Positions 30,519 through 42,259 of a stretch of 64,000 bases of DNA are shown one piece after another (the first letter of the stretch is position 1; the number at the start of each line of letters is the position of its first letter). Made by a program: the position numbers and the translations under genes. A model generated the notes under the pieces. That model did not search any database. It was not told where the DNA came from and saw only the letters and a list, made by a program, of their open reading frames with translations. Origin of the DNA: an uncultured delta proteobacterium (GTDB lineage Bacteria > Desulfobacterota > Syntrophia > Syntrophales > UBA2185); assembly GCA_963729715.1 (NCBI GenBank), contig CAVSPA010000005.1:576001-640000 (forward strand), in the 5' to 3' direction.

Positions 30519-31895
30519 TCACCGTTCACCGCCGGGACCGCCCGAGCCCGTCTGGCCTTGGCGCTGGCCCCGCCCCACTTGGGGCGTGAACGGACTGCGT
30601 TCAGCACTCGGACCATCTGCTGTTTCCTTTGTTGCTTCGCCGATGACCACGCGCAGGCCCTCAGTCAGATCGTCGCCTTCAACCTCTGTCAATGTGCCGT
30701 CCGTCAACCCTATTTTCACACGGGCAGGCCGGACGAACTTTCCTTGCTCGACCCATATGGTTCCGCGTGCCTGTGGCGTCGCAACGGTGTCAGAACCGCC
30801 GCTGCTGTCCTGGCCATGTGAGCCGGCGTGTGCATGTGGCGCTTGGCGGGATTCCGGTGCGATCTGTTTGGGCCGCGGCGACCAACGCAGTGCTGCATTC
30901 GGGACCAGCAGCACGCCTTGCCGACGGCCGATAACGAACTGCGCGTTGGCTGTCAGATAAGGAAGCAGCTTGCCGTCGTCGTTGTTCGTGTTGACTTCGA
31001 CGGTGTAAGTGACGACATTCTGCGTCATCGTCGCATTGAGACGAATTTTACCGACTTGCCCTTGAAATACCTGGTTGGGAAGTGCGTCCACGGTGAACGT
31101 CACGGGCTGGTCTTTGGAAATATTGCCTATGTCGGCTTCGTTAACCGACACCCAAACCTGGATGCGCTTGAGGTCTTTCGCAATAAGAAAGAGGCTCGGA
31201 GCACTCAGGCTGGAAACAACCGTCTGCCCGATGTTAACCCGCCGGTCAACAATCACACCCTTGACCGGCGACTTGATGGTACAGTAACTGAGATTGATAC
31301 GCGCGCTCGTGAGACTGGCCTTGGCTTGTGCCACCGCTGCCTTCGTTTGCTCGACGGCGGCCTCTGCCGCCGCCAAGTTGGCCTTGGCTACTTCGTAGTT
31401 GGCTTTGTATTGGTCGTAGACGCTCTGTGCCAGCGCATCGGACGGGCCCAGCTTCTGCGCCCGATCCCAGTCCTGCCGTGCCTGCAGCAATTTCGCTTTC
31501 ATCTGGAGCACGTTGGCGTCGGCGCTGATCTTGTTAGCCTCAGCCTGTTGATATTGGGCCTTGGCAGTATCCACGGCGGCGGCGTAAAGCGAATCTTCAA
31601 TTTTGGCCAGTACCGTGCCCGCATCCACGGCCGAGCCGTAGTCAATGAACTTCCCGTGTTTGTCCTTGCCGAAGGTGCTAATCAACCCCGCAACCTGAGC
31701 ACCAACGTCCACTACTTCCTCCGGTTCGACTGTGCCCGTTGCGCTGATCGTTGCCACCAGATCGCCCCGTTTCACCGCTGCCGTGCGGAACGTAGGCGCT
31801 TTGTTCCCTTTGTACCAGAATGACCACACAGCAAAGCCACTGATCACGGCAAGACCGATAACTACCATGATCGTGATTACAACTTTTCGTCGCAT
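30519..31895 (-). CDS. MacA-like periplasmic adaptor
   Basis: N-terminal TM, ISATGTVEP, IKSPVKG, VNEADIG, LLVPNAAL. Confidence 0.92.
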   Translation of the reverse strand: MRRKVVITIMVVIGLAVISGFAVWSFWYKGNKAPTFRTAAVKRGDLVATISATGTVEPEEVVDVGAQVAGLISTFGKDKHGKFIDYGSAVDAGTVLAKIEDSLYAAAVDTAKAQYQQAEANKISADANVLQMKAKLLQARQDWDRAQKLGPSDALAQSVYDQYKANYEVAKANLAAAEAAVEQTKAAVAQAKASLTSARINLSYCTIKSPVKGVIVDRRVNIGQTVVSSLSAPSLFLIAKDLKRIQVWVSVNEADIGNISKDQPVTFTVDALPNQVFQGQVGKIRLNATMTQNVVTYTVEVNTNNDDGKLLPYLTANAQFVIGRRQGVLLVPNAALRWSPRPKQIAPESRQAPHAHAGSHGQDSSGGSDTVATPQARGTIWVEQGKFVRPARVKIGLTDGTLTEVEGDDLTEGLRVVIGEATKETADGPSAERSPFTPQVGRGQRQGQTGSGGPGGER

Positions 31896-31939
31896 AATTA
31901 TCTCTACAGATTATCAAACAGAAAGGATATCACGCTATA

Positions 31940-32470
31940 TCACAAATTTTGGGGCCGGGGGACCATTTCTTTGGTCTTTCTCAATGACCTTGCCACTTCG
32001 AGCATTTGAGAAGCGCAGGCAGGACAAAGGCTATGCGTAATTGCCGGTGCGCCGCATTCCGTGAGGTACTGCTCAATCGGATGCCACGCGCCATCCACAT
32101 TACGATAGCACTTGCACTTGGAGCATAACGGCAACAGAGACTCCAAGTCATGGATAATCTTCTCCTTTGCACGATGAGATCTAATTGTCTGAATAAATCC
32201 CATAATTAGGAAAAGAACCGCCAAGACATCGGCAAAGTTCCCCGTGATGCTCATTACCAAGTCAAAGGATTGCCTGTTCAAGTTTATGTAATTAGAGATA
32301 TGAAAAGTGGGGTGCTCAGTTAACACTTCACTTATACGCGCCACAAATAAAAAAGTGATGCCCCAGATGATCGGGCGGAGAGACAGGATTCTTCTTTCCT
32401 TCCACAATAAATAAAACGACCACGCTAAGGGGACAAGAACCAGCACATCGAGAAAGAATACTATATTCAT
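31940..32470 (-). CDS. Membrane protein with C-terminal Cys motif (sensor-associated type)
   Basis: 3 TM helices then LPLCSKCK.YR...W..IEQYL...SHSLCPAC. Confidence 0.75.
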   Translation of the reverse strand: MNIVFFLDVLVLVPLAWSFYLLWKERRILSLRPIIWGITFLFVARISEVLTEHPTFHISNYINLNRQSFDLVMSITGNFADVLAVLFLIMGFIQTIRSHRAKEKIIHDLESLLPLCSKCKCYRNVDGAWHPIEQYLTECGAPAITHSLCPACASQMLEVARSLRKTKEMVPRPQNL

Positions 32471-32817
32471 CTTTAGCCTCTACTTATTTTTTGTTGGGGT
32501 TTAGCCTTAGCTCCGGAATCATAATTTATTTCCGGACAATCGCGGTCATTAAAGGGATAAAACTTTCTGCTATCCCGGATAATCCCGCTGTCGGCCTGAA
32601 GTAATAAAGTGCAGAAAGCGTACCAGAAATGGGGAAAAATATAATCGTTTGATATGACGGAATATTTAATGATTGATATGGTAATGGAGCAAATTCGTTC
32701 TTATAAAAATGGATAATATATATCCAATCTGAGGTATCCAGTTGTATAAAAAGTATCCAAGCAGATGAGTTTACGAAAACAGCGGCGATTACCATGATAT
32801 TGACATGGAAAGTTCTG

Positions 32818-32964
32818 ATGGGTTTCAGGGAAGAGAGGTGCTCCAGACTCTTTTCAATGTATGGCGCCGGTTTCTTTATTGAAATTAGATGTGTCTTTCT
32901 TGTCTTGGTCCGAGGCAATTCTCTTGTCCGCCTCTATGACCCAGCCGCCGCCTACCGCCTTGTA
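32818..32964. repeat. Direct repeat copy 2 (OMF 3' end plus downstream UTR)
   Basis: Matches 26850-26996. Confidence 0.75.
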
Positions 32965-34320
32965 AAGGTTCACGAGGGCTTGGAAGAGAACTCCTGCTGT
33001 CCGCGCCCGGGCAAGTTCTGCGTCGAAAAGGCTGCGCTCCGCATCGAGCACCTCGATATAGCTCGTGTAGCCGTTTTCAAATCTCAGACGTGCGAAGCGA
33101 GAATAGGTACGTAGAGATTCTACCTGCCGCGTCTGGATATCAAGTTCTTCCCGTGATCTCCTCTGATCAATAAGGGCGTCTTCGACTTCGCGAAAGGCCG
33201 TCTGGATGGATTGCTGATACTGAATGAGGGCCTGCCGCTGTATCGCCTCGGCTGCTTCGACCTGTCCGGCAATGGCGCCTGCTGTGAAGATCGGTATATT
33301 CAGGGGAACGTTCCAGCTCCAGGCTCTCGATGGACCCTGGAAGAGTGTTGAGAGGTCATTGCTCGCGAATCCATACGTGCCGGTGAGAGAGATCGTAGGA
33401 AAGTAGAGTGCCCGCGCCACACCGATTCTCGCATTGGCCGCAATCAGGGTCTGTTCCGCCTGACGTATGTCCGGCCGTTTGGCGAGGAGCTCTGAAGGCA
33501 GGCCCGCCGGTACGGCGGGAAGGACAAGGTCATCGATCTTTCTTCCACGGGGAATAGGACCCGGATTTCGTCCGAGAAGCACGGAGAGGGCATTTTCTTG
33601 CTGGGCAATGGCCTTTTCGAGAAACGGGATTATCGCTAGGGCCTGTTCATAATTTGATTTAACCTGACTCAGTTCGAGTTCGGAGATGACGCCGCCCCGG
33701 AAGCGCAACTGGAAAAGGTCATAAGTTTCCTTACGGCTCTGTACGGTGCGTTTGGCAATCTCAAGCTGTTTGTCAAGGTCGCTGAGGTTTACATAGGAGC
33801 TTGCCACAGAGGTTATAAGAATCAAGATAACGCCCCTTCGCCCCTCTTCCTGACTCAGGATATCGGCACGGGACGCCTCTTTTGCCCTCCTCAGCTTTCC
33901 CCACAGGTCAATCTCCCAGGTCGCATACAAGGTGGCGGAATAGTTGTCCGCAGGGTTTATAGTGGCTTCTGTGAGGGGAGTTTGGCTGTTATCCGTGGCC
34001 CTGCTTCTGCCCACAGCTGCTCCTGCACCCGCCTGGGGGAAGAGAGAGGCGCGGGTTATGCCGTACCGACCGGCAAACTCTTCAATACGCGCCGTGGCAA
34101 TCATGAGATCCTTATTCTCTTTCAATGCCGTTTGAATCAGTGTGTTCAGGACGGGATCGTTGAATTGCTCCCACCATGCGGCATTGCCGATCTCTCTTGC
34201 CTCTTTTTCTTCAAAGCGCCAGGATGCGGGTGTCTCCACAGCGGGCCTCCGGTAGTCCGGGCCCACCATGCAGCCGGCAAGGATGAGCGCCAGCAAAAAG
34301 GATAAAAGCATCTTACGCAT
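32854..34320 (-). CDS. Outer membrane factor lipoprotein (NodT/OprM family)
   Basis: [10 protein letters not shown] lipobox, [22 protein letters not shown]. Confidence 0.92.
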   Translation of the reverse strand: MRKMLLSFLLALILAGCMVGPDYRRPAVETPASWRFEEKEAREIGNAAWWEQFNDPVLNTLIQTALKENKDLMIATARIEEFAGRYGITRASLFPQAGAGAAVGRSRATDNSQTPLTEATINPADNYSATLYATWEIDLWGKLRRAKEASRADILSQEEGRRGVILILITSVASSYVNLSDLDKQLEIAKRTVQSRKETYDLFQLRFRGGVISELELSQVKSNYEQALAIIPFLEKAIAQQENALSVLLGRNPGPIPRGRKIDDLVLPAVPAGLPSELLAKRPDIRQAEQTLIAANARIGVARALYFPTISLTGTYGFASNDLSTLFQGPSRAWSWNVPLNIPIFTAGAIAGQVEAAEAIQRQALIQYQQSIQTAFREVEDALIDQRRSREELDIQTRQVESLRTYSRFARLRFENGYTSYIEVLDAERSLFDAELARARTAGVLFQALVNLYKAVGGGWVIEADKRIASDQDKKDTSNFNKETGAIH

Positions 34321-37300
34321 GATCTCCTCCCTCGCTCTCCGGCTTCTCGTTATTCCTGCGTCTTTCCGTCATTTTGGCAACGACATAGAACGTCACCGGA
34401 ATCAGGAAGATAGCAATCAACGATGCGGCTGCAGTGCCGCCCATAACTGTGGTCCCCATGATTTGTCTTGCCACGGCCCCTGATCCTGTAGAGATGGCAA
34501 GGGGAAGCGTGCCGAAGAGAAATGCAAACGACGTCATGAGAATTGGCCGGAGCCTCAATCGGGATCCTTCGAGGGCGGCGTCCTCGAGAGATCTTCCCTG
34601 TTCATGACTGTTTTTTGCAAACTCGACAATCAGAATTGCGTTTTTCGCGGCCAGACCGATCAGCACGATCAGGCCGATCTGTGCATAGACGTTATTCACC
34701 TGGCCGCGGAGCCAGATTGCCGTGAAGGCGCCAAAAACAGCCACTGGCGTGCCGAGAACAACACTGACGGGTAGTGACCAGCTTTCGTACTGGGCCGCAA
34801 GAATGAGAAAAACGCAAAGCAGCGAGAACCCAAAGATGACCGTTGCCGGTATACCCTCTTGTGCTTTCTTCTCCTGGAAACTCATGCCTAGATAATCAAA
34901 ACCCATCTCCCGTGGCATGCTCTGGGCAAAGGCCTCTTGAAGTGCCTTCATGGCCTGGGCCGAACTGTAGCCGGGGTTGGCCATAGCGTTGATCTGTGCC
35001 GAACGGTACATATTGTACCGCATCGTAAATTCGGGTCCCATTCGTGATTCGATCGTCGTGACCGCCGAGAGAGGAACCGGGTCCCCCCGGTCGTTCCGCA
35101 CATAAAACTGTCCGACATCCTCCGCTTTGGTGCGGTAGGCGCCCTCCGCCTGAACGTAGACCTGCCATTGCCTTCCGAATCGGTTGAAGTAATTGATGAA
35201 ATAACCACCCATAAAAGCCTGGAGCGTTTGATACACCTCTTCGACGTCGATACCTTGCTTGAGCACCTTGTCCCGATCGACATTGATGAAAACCTGGGGC
35301 ACCGTCGGGAGGAAGGTCGTTCTCACTGAGGCAAGCTCCGGCCTCTTCTGTGCTACATCGAGGAACTTCTTGACATTCTCCGAGAGAAAATCGATGTCCT
35401 TGCCGGCACGGTCCTCAAGGATCATCGTTACACCACCGGCCGTCCCAATGCCTGGAATTGCGGGTGGAGAAAAGGCGAAGGCGGTGCATTGCGGAAGTTT
35501 GACCAACTCTCTGTTAAGCTGGGTCATAATCGCGTCATATTGCTGTTCCGGTGTTTTCCGATCCTTCCACGGCTTGAGGTTCACAAAGAAAAAAGCGCTG
35601 TAGGTGTTCTGCACAAGGCTGAGCAAGCTGATGCCGACGATAGTTTGATAATACTGAACACCGGGCGTCTTCGCGATGATTTTTTCTATCTCTTTGCAGG
35701 CCTCATCGGTGCGTTGCATTGAGGAGGCATTAGGCAACGATACATTGACAAACATGTACCCTTGATCCTCTTCCGGCAGAAATCCCGTGGGGATGCCTTT
35801 TCCGATCCCGGCGCAAAGAACCGTGATCCCTGCAAGGAATAGAAGACTGAGGGCACTCTTACGGATCAGGAGTCTGCAAAATCCCACATATCCTGTTGTG
35901 GCACGTCCGAACCAGTGGTTGAATAACCCGAAGAAGGAACCCAAGGGGCCCCGTGCCTCTTTCCGGGGCTTGAGGAGAAGAGCGGCAAGGGCGGGACTGA
36001 GACTCAAGGCGTTGAAGGCCGATATGAGGACTGAAATGGCAATGGTTGCCGCAAATTGCTGGTAAAGCCTGCCCGTAATTCCCGGGATGAACACCGTGGG
36101 GATAAAGACCGCCGAGAGCACCAAGGCAATAGCCATGACTGGGCCGGAAACCTCCTGCATGGCCTTGAATGCGGCATCTTTGGGGGGCATACCCTCCTCA
36201 ATATGACGTTCAACGCACTCCACAACGACAATGGCATCGTCAACGACCAGGCCGATGGCGAGCACCAGGCCGAAGAGAGACAGGGTGTTAATTGAGAAGC
36301 CGAGAAGAGGAAAGAAGGCAAAGGTGCCGACGAGGGAAACCGGAACGGCGATGGTCGGAATAAGGGTCGGCCTCCAGCCTTGAAGGAAGATGAAGACGAC
36401 GACAATGACCAGCACCAATGCGATCAAAAGCGTCTTGACAATTTCATGGATACCTTCGGTAATAGCCCGCGTCGTATCAAGACCGACTACATAATCGAGA
36501 CCAGCCGGGAATTGCATCTTAGCCTGTTCCATAACTCTCCTGACACCGTTGGCTGTTTCGATGGCATTCGTACCGGGCAACTGATAGATACCGAGATTGG
36601 CGGCAGGTTTTCCGTTCAGACGCCCCCTGAACGTATAAACCTGCGAGCCCATTTCAATGCGGGCCACATCATTTAGGCGAACAATAGATCCATCGGAATT
36701 GGCCCGCAGAACGATCTGGCCGAATTCTTCCGGCGTGATCAGACGGCCTTGGGCTCTGACGGAATAGGTGAACTCCTGGCCCGGAGGCGCGGGTTCAGAA
36801 CCGATCTGCCCTGCCGGATTAACTGCATTCTGCTTCTGGACGGCATCGATGACCTGGGGAACAGTTATTGCGAGCTTCGCCAGCACATCGGGTTTGACCC
36901 AGATACGGATCGCATACATGCCGGAACCCCAGACTGTGGCCATGCCGACGCCTGGCACGCGCAGCAGTTGATCGACTAGGTTGATGTAGGCATAGTTCGC
37001 CAGAAATTTGGCGTCAAGGGACTCGTTGGGTGAATACACGGAAAGGATCATCAGAGGGGCGGACCGGGCCTTCTGGACCGTGACGCCATAATTACGCACG
37101 TCCTGGGGAAGCTGAGGCTGAGAAAGATTCTGCCGGATCTGGGTGAGCACCAGGTCCGTATTTGGACTGGTCGCAACATCGAAGCTGGTCGTCAGGCGCA
37201 TGGTACCATTATTGGCATTGAGGGAGTACATGTAATTCATGTTATCCACGCCGCTCAGCTGCTGCTCGATGGGGGTCGCCACGGACTGTTCGACAGTCTG

Positions 37301-37462
37301 GGCATCCGCACCTGTATACGTCGTATAGATCTGAATTTCAGGAGGCACGATCTCCGGGAACTGGGCAATGGGCAGACCTACCAGCGCCACTATGCCCACG
37401 ATGATGAACATAATGGAAATTACCATGGCAACAATAGGACGATTGATGAAGAACTTAGACAT
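34313..37462 (-). CDS. HAE1 RND efflux permease (AcrB family)
   Basis: [39 protein letters not shown]; 1049 aa. Confidence 0.96.
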   Translation of the reverse strand: MSKFFINRPIVAMVISIMFIIVGIVALVGLPIAQFPEIVPPEIQIYTTYTGADAQTVEQSVATPIEQQLSGVDNMNYMYSLNANNGTMRLTTSFDVATSPNTDLVLTQIRQNLSQPQLPQDVRNYGVTVQKARSAPLMILSVYSPNESLDAKFLANYAYINLVDQLLRVPGVGMATVWGSGMYAIRIWVKPDVLAKLAITVPQVIDAVQKQNAVNPAGQIGSEPAPPGQEFTYSVRAQGRLITPEEFGQIVLRANSDGSIVRLNDVARIEMGSQVYTFRGRLNGKPAANLGIYQLPGTNAIETANGVRRVMEQAKMQFPAGLDYVVGLDTTRAITEGIHEIVKTLLIALVLVIVVVFIFLQGWRPTLIPTIAVPVSLVGTFAFFPLLGFSINTLSLFGLVLAIGLVVDDAIVVVECVERHIEEGMPPKDAAFKAMQEVSGPVMAIALVLSAVFIPTVFIPGITGRLYQQFAATIAISVLISAFNALSLSPALAALLLKPRKEARGPLGSFFGLFNHWFGRATTGYVGFCRLLIRKSALSLLFLAGITVLCAGIGKGIPTGFLPEEDQGYMFVNVSLPNASSMQRTDEACKEIEKIIAKTPGVQYYQTIVGISLLSLVQNTYSAFFFVNLKPWKDRKTPEQQYDAIMTQLNRELVKLPQCTAFAFSPPAIPGIGTAGGVTMILEDRAGKDIDFLSENVKKFLDVAQKRPELASVRTTFLPTVPQVFINVDRDKVLKQGIDVEEVYQTLQAFMGGYFINYFNRFGRQWQVYVQAEGAYRTKAEDVGQFYVRNDRGDPVPLSAVTTIESRMGPEFTMRYNMYRSAQINAMANPGYSSAQAMKALQEAFAQSMPREMGFDYLGMSFQEKKAQEGIPATVIFGFSLLCVFLILAAQYESWSLPVSVVLGTPVAVFGAFTAIWLRGQVNNVYAQIGLIVLIGLAAKNAILIVEFAKNSHEQGRSLEDAALEGSRLRLRPILMTSFAFLFGTLPLAISTGSGAVARQIMGTTVMGGTAAASLIAIFLIPVTFYVVAKMTERRRNNEKPESEGGDHA

Positions 37463-37468
37463 AACGGC

Positions 37469-38677
37469 CTACTTTTGCGCCGGCCCGGATTGCACCGATT
37501 TCTGTTGTTCGGCGCTCGAGGCGTTGCCATTGGCGGATGGTACGTAAGGCTGCGGATTGACGATCATGTCCTGCTTTACCTTCTGGAACCCTTCCACGAC
37601 CACTTTATCTCCCTGCTTAAGCCCCTCGTCAATCACCCAGAGGCTGTCGATTCGTTCAGCAGGTTTTACCGATCTTATATCGATTTTATTACCGGGGCCT
37701 ACAACGGCCACCTGATAGCCACCCTGAAGTTCTGTCACTGCTCGCTGGGGTATCAGCAATGCGTTTTCCTTAATTTTACTTCTGGCACGGACCCTGGCAA
37801 ATTGTCCAGGTCGAATAACATTTCCGGGATTGTTGAAAAAGGCCGCGAGCTTTATAGTGCCTGTCTTCACATCCACCTGACGGTCAGCAAGGGCAAAGTA
37901 TCCTTTATATGGATGGACGAGGCCTGACGATAGAATCAATTCCAGGGGCATGTTCTTGAAACTGGGCCCGCCGTTTCCGACAATCTTGAGGTACTCCTGT
38001 TCACCGACGGATACATAGACCTTAATAGGATCAAGGGTTGATACCGTCGTAAGTTCCTCGATCAATCCGGGACCGACGAGATTCCCGATCTGGGTCTTGG
38101 CAATGCCGGCGATGCCATCAACGGGAGAGGTAATCTTCGTAAAGCCGACGTCCAGCGTTGTTTTTTCAACAACTGCTTGTGCCGAAATCACGGCCGCATG
38201 CGCTCCCTGTTCACTGCCCACAGCGTCGTCCAGGTCTTTTTTACTGATGGCATTCTGTTCTGCCAAGGGTGCGATCCTGGCAAGATTCGCCTTGGCAGTT
38301 ACCCAGCGTGCCTGCTGTTCCTCCAGTTGCCCCTTCGCCTGATCCAAGGCGGCCTGGAATGGACGCGGATCAATCTCAAAGAGTATCTGTCCCTTCCTGA
38401 CAAAATCGCCTTCACGGTAATGCTGCTTGATCAAATAGCCCTGTACCTGGGCCCGAATTGTGGCATTGACCTTACCATCCGTTATGCCGATCCATTCTGT
38501 ATATGCGGGGACGTTCTGCCGACCAACCTGTGCTACTTGCACCATGGGCGGAGAGGAATCCCTCTCCTTTTCTCCTTTACCGCAACCAACCATGAGGAAA
38601 AAGACCAGACTCATGGCAGCGATGGAAACCGATACGGCCAGTCGTAGAAATATCACACCGTTGTCCTTTCTTGTCAT
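37469..38677 (-). CDS. RND periplasmic adaptor (AcrA family)
   Basis: IRAQVQG, LFEIDPRPF, ITSPVDG, PGQFARV, IPQRAV. Confidence 0.93.
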   Translation of the reverse strand: MTRKDNGVIFLRLAVSVSIAAMSLVFFLMVGCGKGEKERDSSPPMVQVAQVGRQNVPAYTEWIGITDGKVNATIRAQVQGYLIKQHYREGDFVRKGQILFEIDPRPFQAALDQAKGQLEEQQARWVTAKANLARIAPLAEQNAISKKDLDDAVGSEQGAHAAVISAQAVVEKTTLDVGFTKITSPVDGIAGIAKTQIGNLVGPGLIEELTTVSTLDPIKVYVSVGEQEYLKIVGNGGPSFKNMPLELILSSGLVHPYKGYFALADRQVDVKTGTIKLAAFFNNPGNVIRPGQFARVRARSKIKENALLIPQRAVTELQGGYQVAVVGPGNKIDIRSVKPAERIDSLWVIDEGLKQGDKVVVEGFQKVKQDMIVNPQPYVPSANGNASSAEQQKSVQSGPAQK

Positions 38678-38823
38678 AGAAATACCCCTTTGCTCTTGCC
38701 TCAGTGTCGCGGAGAACAGATGAATACATGATCTCCAGCATCAAACCATCTGCGGATTTGTATGGATCAACGACTCCCCCGAGAGATTTCCTTCCGGAAT
38801 AGTCAAGGAAAGACGCCAATCGT

Positions 38824-39447
38824 TCATTCCGTCAACTCCAGTCCCACCCCTTTGAGAAAGATGTCCGAGACAAAGCCCACCTTACCACTCAAAGGTGCAT
38901 CCTGATTTGTAAGCATCCAGTAATAAAAGAATGACCGGATGATGCCCAAGAGTGTATAAGCCATCATGCGCGAATCCCCGGCCTTCAACGTTCTTGTCTC
39001 CATCCCGAAGCGCATGATGCTTTCCACAAAAGAGACGTGGTTAAAATAGTCCGCTATAAGTTTGTCCCTCAAAATTGTCCCCTTATCCGAGAGTGTCAAA
39101 CCTTCTCCGCGTATAAGAAGGTCGCAGAAAGCGACATTGTTTTCTACGAAATGAAAATGTGATCCCACCAGCTTCTCGATCTTACCCGTCAGTTCTTCTT
39201 CCACGTTTACGGCGTCTCTGATTTCGGAATACATCCTATCAATCTTCTCGCTCACCATGACATTGTACAGGCTTTCCTTGCCCTCAAAGAACTGATACAG
39301 AGTGCCCGTGGCAAAGCCTGATGCGCTGGCAATCTCTGCCATAGTCGTATTATGGAACCCTTTTGCAGCAAATATCTTTTCTGCCTGACTGAGAATCTCC
39401 GTCCTCCGGAGTTGAAATTCCATCTCTTTTCTTTTTGATTTTTCCAT
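38824..39447 (-). CDS. TetR/AcrR-family regulator
   Basis: FAAKGFHNTTMAEIA..SGFATGTLYQFF..KE HTH; directly upstream of RND operon. Confidence 0.92.
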   Translation of the reverse strand: MEKSKRKEMEFQLRRTEILSQAEKIFAAKGFHNTTMAEIASASGFATGTLYQFFEGKESLYNVMVSEKIDRMYSEIRDAVNVEEELTGKIEKLVGSHFHFVENNVAFCDLLIRGEGLTLSDKGTILRDKLIADYFNHVSFVESIMRFGMETRTLKAGDSRMMAYTLLGIIRSFFYYWMLTNQDAPLSGKVGFVSDIFLKGVGLELTE

Positions 39448-39457
39448 AACAGAACTT

Positions 39458-39503
39458 TTATTCAAATATTATAATATGCGTTCAAATAGTGAATTGGCGT
39501 TCA
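39458..39503. promoter_or_regulatory. Candidate TetR operator array
   Basis: TGAA-N6-TTCA palindrome at 39490-39503; GCGTTCA at 39478 and 39497, TTATTCA at 39458 (~20-nt spacing). Confidence 0.45.
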
Positions 39504-39802
39504 GTAATTATATAATTTGTATTATTTGTCAAGAAAAAAGCCTATATCTGTTGAGATTGTAATTTGAAGCCACCATGCCGATCAGTCGGCAAAAAAAGAA
39601 TGAAAATTATGGTTGAATCCTGCAGTGGGTACTGATGTCAGATTTTGTAATTACGGCAGTCAATGATTGACCGATTTTGAGAATTATGAAAGATTGCAAA
39701 CGGTAAAGCTCCCGCTGGGAAGCTAAGCTGTAAAAGGAGAAGACAAACTTCAACCTGTCGTATCGGCGGAAACATATCTACCCGACCCAGAATAAAAAAG
39801 CT

Positions 39803-40666
39803 ATGAGCGCTCAAGCACTGTTCTTAGTCATATCCGCTGCATTGTTGCATGCTGTATGGAATCTCATCTTTAAAAAAACGAACGGCAGACTTCCTTTTGT
39901 TTGGTTGGTTTCTTTAGCTTCCGCAGTCATCTATCTTCCGTTTGTCATTTGGCAACTTGTACAAAGTCAAGCACCGTTGACAGGCGTCACGTATGGCCTC
40001 GCATTGGCAAGCGCCGTACTCCATTTGTTATATTTTATAGTCCTGCAAGTCGGTTACAGAAAAGCGGACATTTCCGTTATATATCCGATGGCACGGGGAA
40101 CCGGCCCATTGCTTTCCGCAATGGGCGCCGTGTTATTTTTTGGAGAAAGACCGGGATGGATGGCTATTTCCGGCATGGTATTGATCGTGACCGGTGTTTT
40201 TATAATGACCGGACTGAGATTGAGCTTATCCGCTGATGAAAGATTGAAAACCGGGACCATTTACGGGACTGTCACAGGTTTGTTTATTGCCGCGTACACG
40301 TTATGGGATAAAACAGCCGTAACGGACTATAACGTTTCCGCATTGATTCTCACTTTTGCATCAATGCTGTTGCCGTTGTTGGTGTTGCTTCCCAAGGCAG
40401 TAAAAGAAACCCAGGAAATACGGCATGAGATACGACAACACTGGAAACATATTGTAGCCATAGCAGTGCTTGCGCCGCTTTCCTTTATTCTCGTCCTGAT
40501 GGCGCTAAAAACATCTCCCGTAAGCTATGTGGCGCCGGCACGCGAACTTAGTATTGTCTTTGGCGTATTTTTCGGAACCGGTCTTTTGAAAGAAGCAGAT
40601 GCAAAAAGGAGAATCATTGCCGCAATCATAATGCTGATCGGCATATCATTCTTAGCGATCGGATGA
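39803..40666 (+). CDS. EamA/DMT-family transporter
   Basis: SAALLHAVWN, YRKADISVIYPMARG, SYVAPARELS; ~10 TM. Confidence 0.9.
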   Translation: MSAQALFLVISAALLHAVWNLIFKKTNGRLPFVWLVSLASAVIYLPFVIWQLVQSQAPLTGVTYGLALASAVLHLLYFIVLQVGYRKADISVIYPMARGTGPLLSAMGAVLFFGERPGWMAISGMVLIVTGVFIMTGLRLSLSADERLKTGTIYGTVTGLFIAAYTLWDKTAVTDYNVSALILTFASMLLPLLVLLPKAVKETQEIRHEIRQHWKHIVAIAVLAPLSFILVLMALKTSPVSYVAPARELSIVFGVFFGTGLLKEADAKRRIIAAIIMLIGISFLAIG

Positions 40667-40880
40667 GCAGCGGAAGCGGAGTTCTTGTTTACTCCTTACT
40701 GCAATGTCATGTTTTCATTTCGGCCGCTCCCTACGGTTTATCTGAAGCCTTTGTTACGCATACTCTCCATCAGTAATTATCGACACCGCACACCAAATTG
40801 TGCGGCCATTATTACATTGACACACAAGACCGCTTATCCTATATTTTCTCCACATAAAAAGAAGTTCTTATCAAGAGACT

Positions 40881-41651
40881 ATGAGCTTACCGCTGCGCAG
40901 AACAGGACTGAACAGAGAGACGCCTTTTTTCTTCTCATGCTCTCAGTGTCTTCGTTGCTGCCACCACAAGAAAATCCAGGTCAACCCCTACGAAATCGCG
41001 CGCCTTGCTGCGAACCGGCGCCTGTCCACTGCCGAATTCATCGAACGCTACACACACGAAAGCGGAACCATTCTGAATTGGGAAGAAGACGGCGCCTGCG
41101 TCTTCCTCGATTCCCAGGGTTGCGGGGTCCATCCTGACCGTCCTCTTGTCTGTCGTCTTTACCCTCTCGGCCGCCATGTCCTTCCCTCGGGAGAGGAGAG
41201 TTTCTCCGAGATCGAGCCGAATGAGGACTGCAAGGGCGTCTATGGCGATGACGGCATGATCACGGCGTATCTCGACTCGCAGGGCGCCCGCCCTTTCATG
41301 GAAGCCGCCGACAGGTATCTCGATCTCTTCTGGAGGCTTTGCCTGATACTGGAAGAAGAGGCGGCTGAGCCCGAGAAACAAAGCGCCATCATGAGCGTGT
41401 TTAAGAAGTTTGCCGGCGGTGAACGCAACGGTGACATCGGGTTTGCCGATGTGGATGCCATAGTAGCCGCCTTCTGCGAAAAACTATGTATATCGGTACC
41501 GGAGAGTACTGACGACAAAATGTCGATCCACATACAGGCTGTTGAAGCCTGGGCAAATAACTCAGGGAGGAGACAAAAACATGAAGCAAAAAAAAAGAAA
41601 CGAACCGCCACAAAAGGATCCGGGAAAAAGCCCCTTAAGGCAAGCCATTAG
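40881..41651 (+). CDS. YkgJ-family CxxCxxCC Fe-S/Zn cluster protein (PF03692/FliB-like)
   Basis: FSCSQCLRCC, GACVFL...GCGVHPDRPLVCRLYP. Confidence 0.88.
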   Translation: MSLPLRRTGLNRETPFFFSCSQCLRCCHHKKIQVNPYEIARLAANRRLSTAEFIERYTHESGTILNWEEDGACVFLDSQGCGVHPDRPLVCRLYPLGRHVLPSGEESFSEIEPNEDCKGVYGDDGMITAYLDSQGARPFMEAADRYLDLFWRLCLILEEEAAEPEKQSAIMSVFKKFAGGERNGDIGFADVDAIVAAFCEKLCISVPESTDDKMSIHIQAVEAWANNSGRRQKHEAKKKKRTATKGSGKKPLKASH

Positions 41652-42162
41652 TGTCGCCACCGTTGTTGCCTCACTTGGAGCTTCCCTCGGCGTCAGCGTT
41701 ACTGACTTGATTGCCGCAGACCAGAAGGGCCCCATTCGCAATGAAGCGGTACAGCATAAAGATGCGGCGTCATGGGATTGGGGAAATATAAACGCAAACC
41801 AGTGGAAGCTCTCCGACCAGATCAAAACGCTCGAGGCATCTCAGTTCAAATTTTGGAACCAGGTCAAAGGGGAGTCACGGCAGGGAAAGATCAACATAAG
41901 GCAGTACAAGGAACTACAGGCAAACGAATACAAACTTGCAGACCAGATCAAGGATTTGCGGGCAAGCGATTACAATCTGTCGAACCAGTTTAAGTTCTGG
42001 CGGTCGAACATGCATAAGGGTGATCAGGCAGACCAGCTCAAAATCGACGGCCTCGAATCAAACGAACTGAAGATCGCAAACCAGCTCAAGATCCTGGAAG
42101 CCAACCAGCTCAAGATCTCAGAGCAGATGAAGATACTTCAGTCGAATCAGGATAAGCGCTGA
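41581..42162 (+). CDS. QxK-repeat protein with hydrophobic N-terminal leader/signal (possible RiPP-like precursor)
   Basis: ATG 41581 after GGAGG; AISVATVVASLGASLGVSV leader, then 14 Q-x-K units; followed by terminator. Confidence 0.75.
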   Translation: MKQKKRNEPPQKDPGKSPLRQAISVATVVASLGASLGVSVTDLIAADQKGPIRNEAVQHKDAASWDWGNINANQWKLSDQIKTLEASQFKFWNQVKGESRQGKINIRQYKELQANEYKLADQIKDLRASDYNLSNQFKFWRSNMHKGDQADQLKIDGLESNELKIANQLKILEANQLKISEQMKILQSNQDKR

Positions 42163-42194
42163 GTATAGATGAGGATACGTATCGGTAAGAAACA

Positions 42195-42225
42195 AAACCC
42201 CGCCCATCAAAAGTGGGCGGGGTTT
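42195..42225. terminator. Bidirectional intrinsic terminator
   Basis: AAACCCCGCCCA-TCAAAAG-TGGGCGGGGTTT between convergent genes. Confidence 0.85.
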
Positions 42226-42259
42226 CTAAAATTAATTTCTGTTGCGGCGTAAGGACCCA

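Noticed and set aside
32526..32918. 130-aa ORF downstream of OMF
   Set aside because: AT-rich intergenic sequence overlapping the OMF 3' end; no recognisable features.
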